This document shows, one piece after another, positions 16,595-25,224 of a DNA stretch of 37,651 nucleotides. The stretch is from a virus (Duplodnaviria > Caudoviricetes), in IMG/VR virus record IMGVR_UViG_3300027672_001056, positions 1 through 37,651 of that record, one strand, 5' to 3'. Made by a program: the position numbers and the translations under genes. How positions within the stretch are numbered: position 1 is the first letter of the stretch; every line of letters begins with the position of its first letter. The notes under the pieces are model-generated. The model made no database searches. It worked only from the letters and a program-made list of their open reading frames with translations, and was not told the origin of the DNA.

Positions 16595-17521
16595 TTATGT
16601 GTTTGTAACTGGTTTGTCATTCTTTCCAGTAAACAATTTTCTAATGTTTCCTCGGAATGTATAATGCCCGACATGGTTAAGTGCTGTTCTAGGGTCTAGC
16701 CAAACTTCGCCACCCATATCCTGCCATCGTCTGCAGAAAGTATAATCTTCACTCAAGTAACGTCTGCTCTCAGGATCAATAATGCAATCAAATAATGCAT
16801 ACATAAACGGCTCAAACTTAGCATCAACATTAATATCATTAACATATTTTGTTTCAGGCATTGCATCAAACATTTGCTGTATAACGCTTTTGTTAATACA
16901 CATAAAACCTGTGCCTGCATCTTTTAGTTTAACTAAGTTATCTACTATCTGAACCTGTGGCGTTCTGTTACCATCTTTGTCTTTTAAGAAGTCAAAGTTT
17001 ACAACATAGTTTGAACTGTGCCCTTCGATTGTTTCTGCTGTTTCTGTTACATCTTCTCTAGCGGCTTCGATAATGCTATTCCAGTTAACTGCTTTCTTAG
17101 GATAAGCACCAACAATAATTGGCTTGTCGTATGCTACCATTCTAAGAATATCTTCCGGATTAAATTCGATGTCAGCATCAATAAAGAACAAGTGTGTTGC
17201 TTCTTTGTTCTCCATAAAGAAACTGTTAAGTGTATTCCTGCCTCTAGTAATTAAACTTTCATTTGCAAGTGTACTGATAGTATATTTAATATCATACTTA
17301 TTACACAGGATTGCAAAACGCATCATACTTCTAAAGTAAGGCTCACCAATTTGGCCACCATAACAAGGTGTTGCAATAAAGATATGTTTTTGTCTTAATA
17401 ACCCTAACGGTATTTCAATTTTAGCATCTAACAATTGATGCATTACATCACTGTTGTTTGCAGTTGCTTGTTGGTTAACGGGTGCTTTTTTTGCTGGAGC
17501 CTTTTTTTTCTTGTTTGACAT
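16595..17521 (-). CDS. GT-A fold glycosyltransferase
   Basis: IATPCYGG, ESLITRGRN, FFIDADI, GAYPKK, GTGFM, YLSEDYTFC. Start at MSNKKK (17521, AGGA RBS); the longer ORF overlaps tRNA-Thr. Confidence 0.85.
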   Translation of the reverse strand: MSNKKKKAPAKKAPVNQQATANNSDVMHQLLDAKIEIPLGLLRQKHIFIATPCYGGQIGEPYFRSMMRFAILCNKYDIKYTISTLANESLITRGRNTLNSFFMENKEATHLFFIDADIEFNPEDILRMVAYDKPIIVGAYPKKAVNWNSIIEAAREDVTETAETIEGHSSNYVVNFDFLKDKDGNRTPQVQIVDNLVKLKDAGTGFMCINKSVIQQMFDAMPETKYVNDINVDAKFEPFMYALFDCIIDPESRRYLSEDYTFCRRWQDMGGEVWLDPRTALNHVGHYTFRGNIRKLFTGKNDKPVTNT

Positions 17522-17547
17522 TTCTTGTCCTGTGTGTGTTGTGTTTA

Positions 17548-17623
<76 letters not shown>

Positions 17624-17702
17624 AAAAAACTTAATGTTTTTACTTGCTTTTATTTACACAGATTTGTGTTGAAGGACCAAGATAAATGGCTAGTTTATCT
17701 TG

Positions 17703-17867
17703 TTATCGGGAGGGTTTGCTAGATATAAATTCGTTGAGCTTTTCAGCTTCAGCTACTATTTCTTCTGTGGTAGGCATGTGCTCTGATGTTTTGGCTTTTG
17801 CTTGTAGAATAAGTCTTGCTTCTTGTAGAAGTTCAAGTCTAATCTCGTATGGTGTTTTATTAGACAA
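17703..17867 (-). CDS. Small phage protein (54 aa, MSNKTPYEIRLELL...), absent from the ORF track
   Basis: TTG start with strong AAGGAG RBS, TAAATA at 17904-17899, fills the gap. Confidence 0.8.
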   Translation of the reverse strand: MSNKTPYEIRLELLQEARLILQAKAKTSEHMPTTEEIVAEAEKLNEFISSKPSR

Positions 17868-17909
17868 TTCAGTCTCCTTAGTAATTTATCTCTGCATGTA
17901 TTTACCATA

Positions 17910-18440
17910 CTATTCAATCAATGATAACGACCCAGTTAACTTTTGTGCTTTCTTCAATCTTTTAATAAATCCCCGGTAGGGCAATAATTGCCTAGTATCT
18001 TCGAATTCAACTGTGAACATATATCTATCTTCTTCAAAATCGAACACTGTGTGCAGAACTTGAGTATTAAAAAGATACATAGTATTTAATTGATAGTCTA
18101 GTAGCAGTGTTTTATTTTCCTGTGTGTCAACGTATGCACAAAAACTGTTTCCATGTTGTAGTAACATATTAATACCAACACCTCTTTCAGTGTCCTTGTG
18201 CAATTTATAATAGTCGCCACTTAACATTTTTGTTACGCCTATTCCTTTGATCTTTGCAATAGTATTATGAATAGTTTCTAATGTAGGGCAAAGAGAAAAG
18301 ACATGATCCATAGCTAAACTAATTGCCTGAAATCCAAAGTATGGATACCACACCTCTCGTTCGAGTGCTTCTGCTAATGCATATTCTGCAAGAGGACCAG
18401 CATCACTATATAGTGTCGTATAGCACTCGATAGGTTCCAT
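17910..18440 (-). CDS. Putative 2OG-Fe(II) oxygenase-fold protein
   Basis: HKD...INMLL...LFNTQVLHTV...R. Confidence 0.7.
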   Translation of the reverse strand: MEPIECYTTLYSDAGPLAEYALAEALEREVWYPYFGFQAISLAMDHVFSLCPTLETIHNTIAKIKGIGVTKMLSGDYYKLHKDTERGVGINMLLQHGNSFCAYVDTQENKTLLLDYQLNTMYLFNTQVLHTVFDFEEDRYMFTVEFEDTRQLLPYRGFIKRLKKAQKLTGSLSLIE

Positions 18441-19246
18441 TACTTAGGTTGCTCTCCGTTGTCATCCATGTTTGCAATAAAATTGTAGTAGTGTCCCATA
18501 CCGTGATCTCCTACTCCATCGATAAATTTAAATTGTTTTGCAGCTGCCCAACGGCCTCTCCATCCATCTTTAAATCTCTGCCATGGTGTTGATTTTCTAA
18601 TATTGCCAAAAGTGTTTATGTATCTTAGGTGCCCTTGGTGCTGGTACCATAGTCCTGCAAAACTTGGTGGCACACTAGGGACCACATCATTGTTGTTAAC
18701 ATATCTAAAGTAAGGAAAGTCAATTGCCTTTAAGAACTCAACATTGCCAACTCTTGGTTGTCCAAACGTGTACAGTCCACCTTCGGGTTTAACATCCATA
18801 GCAACTAGTACAGCCATTGCTCCACCTAAACTATGTCCACATACCCAAACACTCTTGGTGTTTTTCTTGTCGTGCTTTGCTAATGCTTTTTTGATATCTG
18901 GCATTATCTTTTGATACTCACCGTAGAAGCCTTGGTGTACTTTTCCTGCTACTGGATGAGGCATTCTAAATGTATTCAAGTCTGCTTTCACATCATTTAA
19001 TGCTGTTGGTTCTGTTCCTCTGCATGCAATAAGTACATCGTCTTTATCGCTCATAACATAAGCCTGTGCGCCGTCGACGTCAATGTATGTTGGCGGTAGT
19101 GGTTTGTTTAAAAACTTTTTAAGTGGTGCTAAATCTGGTATACCATTCTTTGGTTCAAATAATTGTTCCGGTGGTTGATAACATTGATTAGCGAATAATG
19201 CTAGGACCATCCCTTTGTCCTTGGTAGAATATTCTGATAATGCCAT
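18440..19246 (-). CDS. Class 3 lipase
   Basis: RGT, VHQGF, GHSLGG, TFGQPRVG, DVVP, distal DH; AGGAG RBS; TAAATA at 19280-19275. Confidence 0.92.
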   Translation of the reverse strand: MALSEYSTKDKGMVLALFANQCYQPPEQLFEPKNGIPDLAPLKKFLNKPLPPTYIDVDGAQAYVMSDKDDVLIACRGTEPTALNDVKADLNTFRMPHPVAGKVHQGFYGEYQKIMPDIKKALAKHDKKNTKSVWVCGHSLGGAMAVLVAMDVKPEGGLYTFGQPRVGNVEFLKAIDFPYFRYVNNNDVVPSVPPSFAGLWYQHQGHLRYINTFGNIRKSTPWQRFKDGWRGRWAAAKQFKFIDGVGDHGMGHYYNFIANMDDNGEQPK

Positions 19247-19297
19247 TTCTTACTCCTATGTGTTATTATAGTAATATTTATGGTAAATAGTCTTTAT

Positions 19298-20350
19298 TTA
19301 GAAGTCGAAATAGTATTCATAAATGCTTTCGCTATTGTGTTCAACAATAGCTGCTCTATATCGCTCTGTTAGTTCCGCTGGCAGTTTGCCTGCTTTAAAT
19401 CTAACAGTACCATCTGTGCCTGCTGCACTGCCATCACTAGATGAATCTTTGCGAGTGTCTCGTTGTATTTTTCTATGTTCAAGTACCATAGGAGCACGAT
19501 ACTTTAAATCAAATGTGTTATATATGCCCGACTGCGATGCAAGATATTTTTTTAATCTTTCAAATCCAGTGCTTTTCATAAGTGGATGTATACCACCTGG
19601 TATAATTTCTTCATATATTGTATACTTTAATCTGTGTGCCCGCCCATCCAATTCGCCTGCGTCACAATGTATTTTATATTTTTCAATAACATCTATACTA
19701 AGTTCTAATGCTTTATATATTATTTCGGGTGTGTAATATAGGATGTCTTTAACTATATCAAAATTATCATCTCTTGCTACAGCATAGTATGCCTGTGTGT
19801 TTTTCATAATAAATGAACTATTAAGTCCTGCAATGTCTAACGGGCCTTCTACTATAGGTGAATCTTTAATCATCATAGGAAGATCGCCACCTAGTACTAC
19901 TGTGCCGTCTATGTTTTTAAAGGTAGTGTGTAAGTAATAAAGATGGACTGCTACTTGAGGACTCGATGTGCTATACTTTTTGCCATATGCTAAGTGGGTG
20001 TTGTTAGTAAAGAAATCATACAAGTCAATTTCTGTAATATTTAGTTTAATATTTTCTCTGTCAGTTAGCATACGAGCAGTTACTACATCATCTGTGTTTA
20101 AGGGACTACCTTTCCATGTAGTAAGATATGTGTGTGCTGTAATAGGTACGTTCATTTCTTGTAAAACTCTGATTGCAAACTGACTATCCACTCCTCCGCT
20201 TAGGCATACATGGGCATGTGTAATGTGTGCCAGTTGTTCTTTTATTAAATCCAGCAAGGTACTGTCCGTTTTAGGCTTCTTAATTGTAATGCTGAGGAAC
20301 TTTTCTTCCTCATAGTATGTCATTGCTGGTGGATTTCCAAACTGAATCAT
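19298..20350 (-). CDS. PP-loop ATPase (asparagine-synthetase-like / adenine nucleotide alpha-hydrolase), no glutaminase domain
   Basis: LSGGVDSQ motif near the N-terminus, LGGD; GGAG RBS. Confidence 0.7.
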   Translation of the reverse strand: MIQFGNPPAMTYYEEEKFLSITIKKPKTDSTLLDLIKEQLAHITHAHVCLSGGVDSQFAIRVLQEMNVPITAHTYLTTWKGSPLNTDDVVTARMLTDRENIKLNITEIDLYDFFTNNTHLAYGKKYSTSSPQVAVHLYYLHTTFKNIDGTVVLGGDLPMMIKDSPIVEGPLDIAGLNSSFIMKNTQAYYAVARDDNFDIVKDILYYTPEIIYKALELSIDVIEKYKIHCDAGELDGRAHRLKYTIYEEIIPGGIHPLMKSTGFERLKKYLASQSGIYNTFDLKYRAPMVLEHRKIQRDTRKDSSSDGSAAGTDGTVRFKAGKLPAELTERYRAAIVEHNSESIYEYYFDF

Positions 20351-20378
20351 AAAAGATTTCTAACTCCGTTAAAGATGA

Positions 20379-20384
20379 TAAATA
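20379..20384 (+). promoter_or_regulatory. Late-type TAAATA motif upstream of the S8 protease
   Basis: GATAAATA in the divergent intergenic region. Confidence 0.6.
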
Positions 20385-20445
20385 TACTTAATACATACTT
20401 ATGGAGCTAAACCGAATACAAATTCGTTTTTTGGAGCAAAACTAA

Positions 20446-22077
20446 ATGGCAAACTACATTATATCACTAGACTCGTCAACTTATGCAAGTGCAGGGGCGG
20501 CAGAACTAGCAATTACAAACGCAGGACTGGCAATAACTAAAACTTATACTTTTCCTTTAACATACGGAGTATCAGGAACAACCAGTCAAGTCTCAGGACT
20601 TGCAGGGCTTGCTGAATCTTCTGAGAACGGAACGGCATTAACTAGTACATTGGACGCTTTTACAGCTGAAGGAGGAACGTTGAGTGCATCACACTTAGAC
20701 ACTACCGCAATTAACCCAAACTACCAGTACTATTGGCATCCATTAGATACTACATTAGGTGCAGGTCAAACTATTTACTTAGTAGACACTGGATTTGACG
20801 GTGGTCATGAAGTTTTTGGACAGACACCGCGTGTCACAGACTTACATAGTGCTCCTAACGCAACAGGCTATGTCGACACTGACGGTCACGGAACTAAAAT
20901 GGCATCCTTAATAATAGGATCCTCGATTGGTACTGCAGGTGCCGCAAATATACAAAACGTTAAGATGTTTAATGACAATACTACAGCATTTACTGCTGGT
21001 GATGTCATTGATGCATTGGAAGCAATTTTAGTACATCATAGAGCAAACGATGCCGCTAAGCCAAAAATTGTACTCTTTGCTTGGTCCATGACTAAGAACG
21101 CATTAATTGATTCTAAACTTAATGAAATGTTAGCAGAAAACTTAATGCTAATTGCTTCTGCAGGTAATGCCGGTAACGGTGTTGATGTTGATACAATTAC
21201 ACCGGGTGGATTAGATACTATTACAACTGTTGGAGCACATGATGAAGTATTGGAGGTAGCAACATTCTCTCAGATGCCAATCATTGATTACGTTGATGAT
21301 GACGTGACTCCATTTAGAAGAGGTTTAGTACAAAACGCAGCCAAGATTGATATCTTTGCAATGGGCGTTAACGTATGTACAGCTGACGTAGCAAACGTTG
21401 CGAACTATGTACCATCAACAGGAACTTCAGTTTCAGCTGCAATGGTAGCAGGTATTGCTACACATTACATGAACTTGTATTCAAGTACATCTGCAGAAAC
21501 TATTAAATCATACATAGTAACACGTGGTAACGAAATGGCACGTTTGCCTAGGTCGACATCTACTGCTGAAAACTACAAAACAATGCTCAGTTACGACAAC
21601 TTAACTTACCCTTCAGGTAAGATTGCAGAATATAACAAAGTAAGTTTATCAGTTCTATCTTGCCCGATGACATCAGAAGTAACATTTACTAATATACCAT
21701 CAGGAAGATTGTTAAACGTAGCACATGGTTCAACTACCACTGTTAACATTGGCTTACATGCTGATGCTACTGATATAGCGGTATTAGACTTCAGTCCTTT
21801 ACCACCATGGATGGCATTTGATATAGCAACTGGTATTGTTACTGTTACTGCAACTACAGCAGCTGGCTGTGCAGCAAGTTTAGCACCAGGTGTTTATCAC
21901 TTTGCTGTTAAAGGAACAATGGCTACTAAAGTTTACGTTGAAGAATATTCAATTGGCGTATATGCTACTGCAGAATCAGAGCTAAATACATCAACAGAAT
22001 ACTACTACGATGACGATGAAGAAGATTACGAAGAAGTAATACAATATTCAGCATCTACTAACAACTTTATCAAATAA
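20446..22077 (+). CDS. Subtilisin-like S8 serine protease with N-terminal propeptide-like region, C-terminal Ig-like domain and acidic tail
   Basis: VDTG, HGT, SAGN (oxyanion), GTSVS; LPPWMAFD..TG Ig-like motif; GGAG RBS. Confidence 0.9.
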   Translation: MANYIISLDSSTYASAGAAELAITNAGLAITKTYTFPLTYGVSGTTSQVSGLAGLAESSENGTALTSTLDAFTAEGGTLSASHLDTTAINPNYQYYWHPLDTTLGAGQTIYLVDTGFDGGHEVFGQTPRVTDLHSAPNATGYVDTDGHGTKMASLIIGSSIGTAGAANIQNVKMFNDNTTAFTAGDVIDALEAILVHHRANDAAKPKIVLFAWSMTKNALIDSKLNEMLAENLMLIASAGNAGNGVDVDTITPGGLDTITTVGAHDEVLEVATFSQMPIIDYVDDDVTPFRRGLVQNAAKIDIFAMGVNVCTADVANVANYVPSTGTSVSAAMVAGIATHYMNLYSSTSAETIKSYIVTRGNEMARLPRSTSTAENYKTMLSYDNLTYPSGKIAEYNKVSLSVLSCPMTSEVTFTNIPSGRLLNVAHGSTTTVNIGLHADATDIAVLDFSPLPPWMAFDIATGIVTVTATTAAGCAASLAPGVYHFAVKGTMATKVYVEEYSIGVYATAESELNTSTEYYYDDDEEDYEEVIQYSASTNNFIK

Positions 22078-22095
22078 GTTAAACTTAATTAGAAG

Positions 22096-22126
22096 AAGGT
22101 ACTAAATACAATTGGTACCTTTTTTT
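22096..22126 (+). terminator. Rho-independent terminator-like hairpin with TAAATA in its loop
   Basis: AAGGTAC/GTACCTT stem, 12-nt loop, T-run. Confidence 0.6.
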
Positions 22127-23122
22127 ATGACTATAGAAAACATACGAATAGACACAACAACACACAGTAGCGTTTTTAATCCGCTAAGTGCCGCTGGCCA
22201 ATGGCTTTGTTCTACGTTTAAGTTTAGATCTATAGGCGATATTAATATGTCGTATTCTACCCTAGTTGAAATAACCCAAGACCTCCCAAACTTAAAATCT
22301 ATTACCATGGATAATGAGTACGGTGATGCACTAGAGTGGACTAATCTTACTTCGTTTGTGCGTGTTATGACAATACAAGGTGTTTATACTATAATAAACA
22401 CTTACGGCATGGCTAGTAATAGTGTAGTACAAAAGATAAAAGATGCAAGTTGCCTATATAAAGAACAAGATGCAAGTATAAAGGTTATTTTCAATATTGA
22501 TGGCATATACGAACAGTGCGGTAAGGTGTTCTTAGGTGCTGAGTGGAAGCAAATTAAAGAAAACATTATAACTGTAGGCGATAAATCACACATAAAGTTT
22601 TATAAGTTTAAGCATAACGCACACCAACAAGCCGCTATAGAACATTTTTGCAGGGCAGTTGGTGCAAAGTTTGAAGTGTTAGAAGATCCGTTGTTTGGCA
22701 AAAAATGCTTTAGTATAATATCTAAACAAGGCAAATGGTTATACGATATTCATCCTGTTGGCTCTAAGCAACCAACACTAGCTCAAACCGCAGTAGGATG
22801 GAATCTATTAAAAACAAAAGTTAGAAAGATAAAAGGTACATCGATTGACGAGTTAGATTACTTACCTGTGCCTATTAATGCAACAAATTTAGATACAGAT
22901 GATATTATTAATATTACTATCAAAGGGCATGTAATCAAAGGATCAGGCAGAGCTCAAATGTTTAGTTATGCATTATGCAATGATTGGAATTATGAAGAAG
23001 TAGATATTAGTGACAAGTATAACTTATCAGTTATGCAAGAACTAGCAAAGTTTGCAAGAATAGATTTGACTACTATAAATATTTACAATAGTAATATTAC
23101 TGATATATTAGAAGTTATTTAA
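22127..23122 (+). CDS. Radical-SAM-fold protein lacking the CxxxCxxC motif
   Basis: YGD, INTYG, FNIDG and FKHNAHQ in radical-SAM order; IDTTTHSSVFNPLS at the cysteine-triad position. Confidence 0.6.
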   Translation: MTIENIRIDTTTHSSVFNPLSAAGQWLCSTFKFRSIGDINMSYSTLVEITQDLPNLKSITMDNEYGDALEWTNLTSFVRVMTIQGVYTIINTYGMASNSVVQKIKDASCLYKEQDASIKVIFNIDGIYEQCGKVFLGAEWKQIKENIITVGDKSHIKFYKFKHNAHQQAAIEHFCRAVGAKFEVLEDPLFGKKCFSIISKQGKWLYDIHPVGSKQPTLAQTAVGWNLLKTKVRKIKGTSIDELDYLPVPINATNLDTDDIINITIKGHVIKGSGRAQMFSYALCNDWNYEEVDISDKYNLSVMQELAKFARIDLTTINIYNSNITDILEVI

Positions 23123-23388
23123 CTTACTTTAACAGTCGACGACCCACTTGAAACTGAATGTCCGCATGTAGCAACTGTTCCTTTCATAGCAGGTATACCA
23201 CCGTCTGCTAGTACAGTACTAGCACCAGCTGAAACTAATGTAGGAGCAGTATGAGGTGATTTACCGTGTGCAGCAACCTTATCTCCTATTAACGAAACTT
23301 TTTTACCATCAGCAAATACTGTGCTTGCGCCGGGTCCTAGTATTATACCTTTTGCTGTATCTGTTTTTACTCTTGCTATGTCTGCCAT
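23119..23388 (-). CDS. PAAR-repeat protein (tail spike tip, T4 gp5.4-like)
   Basis: Repeated GASTV(F/L)ADG, H...H, CGH motifs; TAAATA 5 nt before ATG. Confidence 0.88.
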   Translation of the reverse strand: MADIARVKTDTAKGIILGPGASTVFADGKKVSLIGDKVAAHGKSPHTAPTLVSAGASTVLADGGIPAMKGTVATCGHSVSSGSSTVKVS

Positions 23389-23396
23389 AGTATTAT

Positions 23397-23576
23397 TTAT
23401 CCGTTTATAATTAGGCTAGTTAATAGAAGTAGTCCACTAATAGTACCTAAGAAGAAAAATGCAACTAATATTGCAAACCAAACTATAGCAAGTGGCTTTA
23501 TTTCAAACTTACCTTCGGACTTTTTACCTATGCCTATTACTGCTTTAATTGCGTCTGCTATCAAAAGAGCTATCAA
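23397..23576 (-). CDS. Small membrane protein (about 59 aa), absent from the ORF track
   Basis: TTG overlapping the upstream TGA; ...KAVIGIGKK...LAIVWFAILVAFFFLGTISGLLLL; start uncertain. Confidence 0.6.
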   Translation of the reverse strand: MIALLIADAIKAVIGIGKKSEGKFEIKPLAIVWFAILVAFFFLGTISGLLLLTSLIING

Positions 23577-23746
23577 TAGAGTACATCAGTTAATGCAAAG
23601 GATATAAGCATTAACCCAAACACTGTAAGTTGTATAATTGCTGGAACCACTACAAACAGTTGCATTGCACTGAAGTCTCCCTTCATAAAGAAGTCAGTCT
23701 TCATCCATTCATCTACTTCTTCTGGTGTTGCATCTCTAACGTCCAT
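23573..23746 (-). CDS. Small membrane protein (57 aa, MDVRDATPEEV...), absent from the ORF track
   Basis: GGAG RBS, ATG, C-terminal hydrophobic helix. Confidence 0.75.
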   Translation of the reverse strand: MDVRDATPEEVDEWMKTDFFMKGDFSAMQLFVVVPAIIQLTVFGLMLISFALTDVLY

Positions 23747-23765
23747 GTATATGCTCCGGGTGAAA

Positions 23766-24065
23766 TTATACTTCTTTTATTTCTACTTCTTCGATGTTAA
23801 GTGCTTCATAGTCTGCCTTGCTCTCATCGCTTGCTTTACAGACGCTTAAAATAGCTGACAAGGGCATAGTAACCTCTTCAGTCGGCCCTGTAAAGATGTA
23901 AGGAATTAGTGCTAGATCTGCACCATTGATAACTACTATTTTTGGTTCGCCAACAGTAAACAAGCCTTCGTCCTTATTGACGCCATACAGTTGTGCAAGT
24001 ACTTCGATACCGCTAATTAATTTAAGGGTAATAACTTCCCCTGATAGATCTTCTAAATTATACAT
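23766..24065 (-). CDS. Conserved-type phage protein, Sm-like fold suspected
   Basis: VITLKLISGIEVLA motif; AGGAG RBS. Confidence 0.7.
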   Translation of the reverse strand: MYNLEDLSGEVITLKLISGIEVLAQLYGVNKDEGLFTVGEPKIVVINGADLALIPYIFTGPTEEVTMPLSAILSVCKASDESKADYEALNIEEVEIKEV

Positions 24066-24074
24066 GTGTGTCTC

Positions 24075-25175
24075 CTAAAGGGTCATTCCCTTAAATGTGT
24101 CGTGTGTTACGTCTTGTTTCGTGCCGCCACTAACGTAACTTGTTATTTCAGTTTCTTGTGGAGCAACTTGTACGTCACTGCCTCCAATCCACTTTTGTGT
24201 CCATGGTAATGGATTAGAACCTGCTGTGTAAACTTTCTCTAAGCCAATGTTAGTCATGCGTTTAGCTGCAATCCATTCTACATACTGTTCTAGTAACTGT
24301 GCATTTAATCCAATAATACTACCGTCTTTAAACAAGTACTTTGCCCATGCTTTCTCTTGCTCTACAGCATCAATAAACATTTGCTTTGATTCTTCTTTTG
24401 TTTCTTCTGCAATCTTTGCAAAGTCTTCATCTTCTTTTGGTAATAATTTTAACATGTGCTGTGTACTTGCTAAGTGAACATTCTCATCTCTAGCAATTAA
24501 CTTAATAATTTTTGCATTGCCTTCCATCTTTTTAACTTCAGCAAACGCCCAACTACATGCAAACGATACATAAAAACGCACACCCTCTAGGATGTTTACG
24601 CTCATTATGCACTTCCATAATTTCTTCTTGTGCTCGTATAAACTATACTTTGCACTGCCTTTACGCATTAGATCGTTATACTCGTATAGGTCGTTATAGC
24701 ATTGTGTGATACTATCAGCACAATCTGCAATCTCTTCGATACTGCTCATCTCATCAAAAACCTTGCTCGGGTCAGGATATATATTTCTGATAATATGTGT
24801 GTAACTTCTGCTGTGAATAGTTTCACTGAATGCCCAAGTCTCAATCCAGGTTTCTAATTCTGGTAGACTAACAATAGGCAAGAACACTAAGTTAGGCGAA
24901 CGCCCTTGAACACTGTCTAAGAGTATTTGTCTTTTTAAGTTAGATGTAAAGATGTGTTGCTCATGTGGCTCTAAATCCTTAAAGTCTTTGGCATCTTTTA
25001 CGATATCAACTTCTTCAGGTCTCCAGAAAAATCCTAACTGCTTGTCAGTGAGCTTTTCAAATTGACGATACTTAATTGTATCGTAACGTTGCATACACAC
25101 GCCACCGTTAGGGTCAAGAAACATTTTTGCTTCCATGTGGTTATACGCTTTGTTTGTGTTTAGTACTGATTTCAT
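24075..25175 (-). CDS. nrdB: Ribonucleotide reductase class Ia beta subunit
   Basis: FFWRPEEV, LLDSVQ, ETIHSRSY, EGVRFY, DENVH, VAPQETEITSY; start set at MKSVL. Confidence 0.96.
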   Translation of the reverse strand: MKSVLNTNKAYNHMEAKMFLDPNGGVCMQRYDTIKYRQFEKLTDKQLGFFWRPEEVDIVKDAKDFKDLEPHEQHIFTSNLKRQILLDSVQGRSPNLVFLPIVSLPELETWIETWAFSETIHSRSYTHIIRNIYPDPSKVFDEMSSIEEIADCADSITQCYNDLYEYNDLMRKGSAKYSLYEHKKKLWKCIMSVNILEGVRFYVSFACSWAFAEVKKMEGNAKIIKLIARDENVHLASTQHMLKLLPKEDEDFAKIAEETKEESKQMFIDAVEQEKAWAKYLFKDGSIIGLNAQLLEQYVEWIAAKRMTNIGLEKVYTAGSNPLPWTQKWIGGSDVQVAPQETEITSYVSGGTKQDVTHDTFKGMTL

Positions 25176-25224
25176 ATTTTGCAATTCATGTGTTCCTTCA
25201 GTTAATTCAATAAAATACCTGGCT

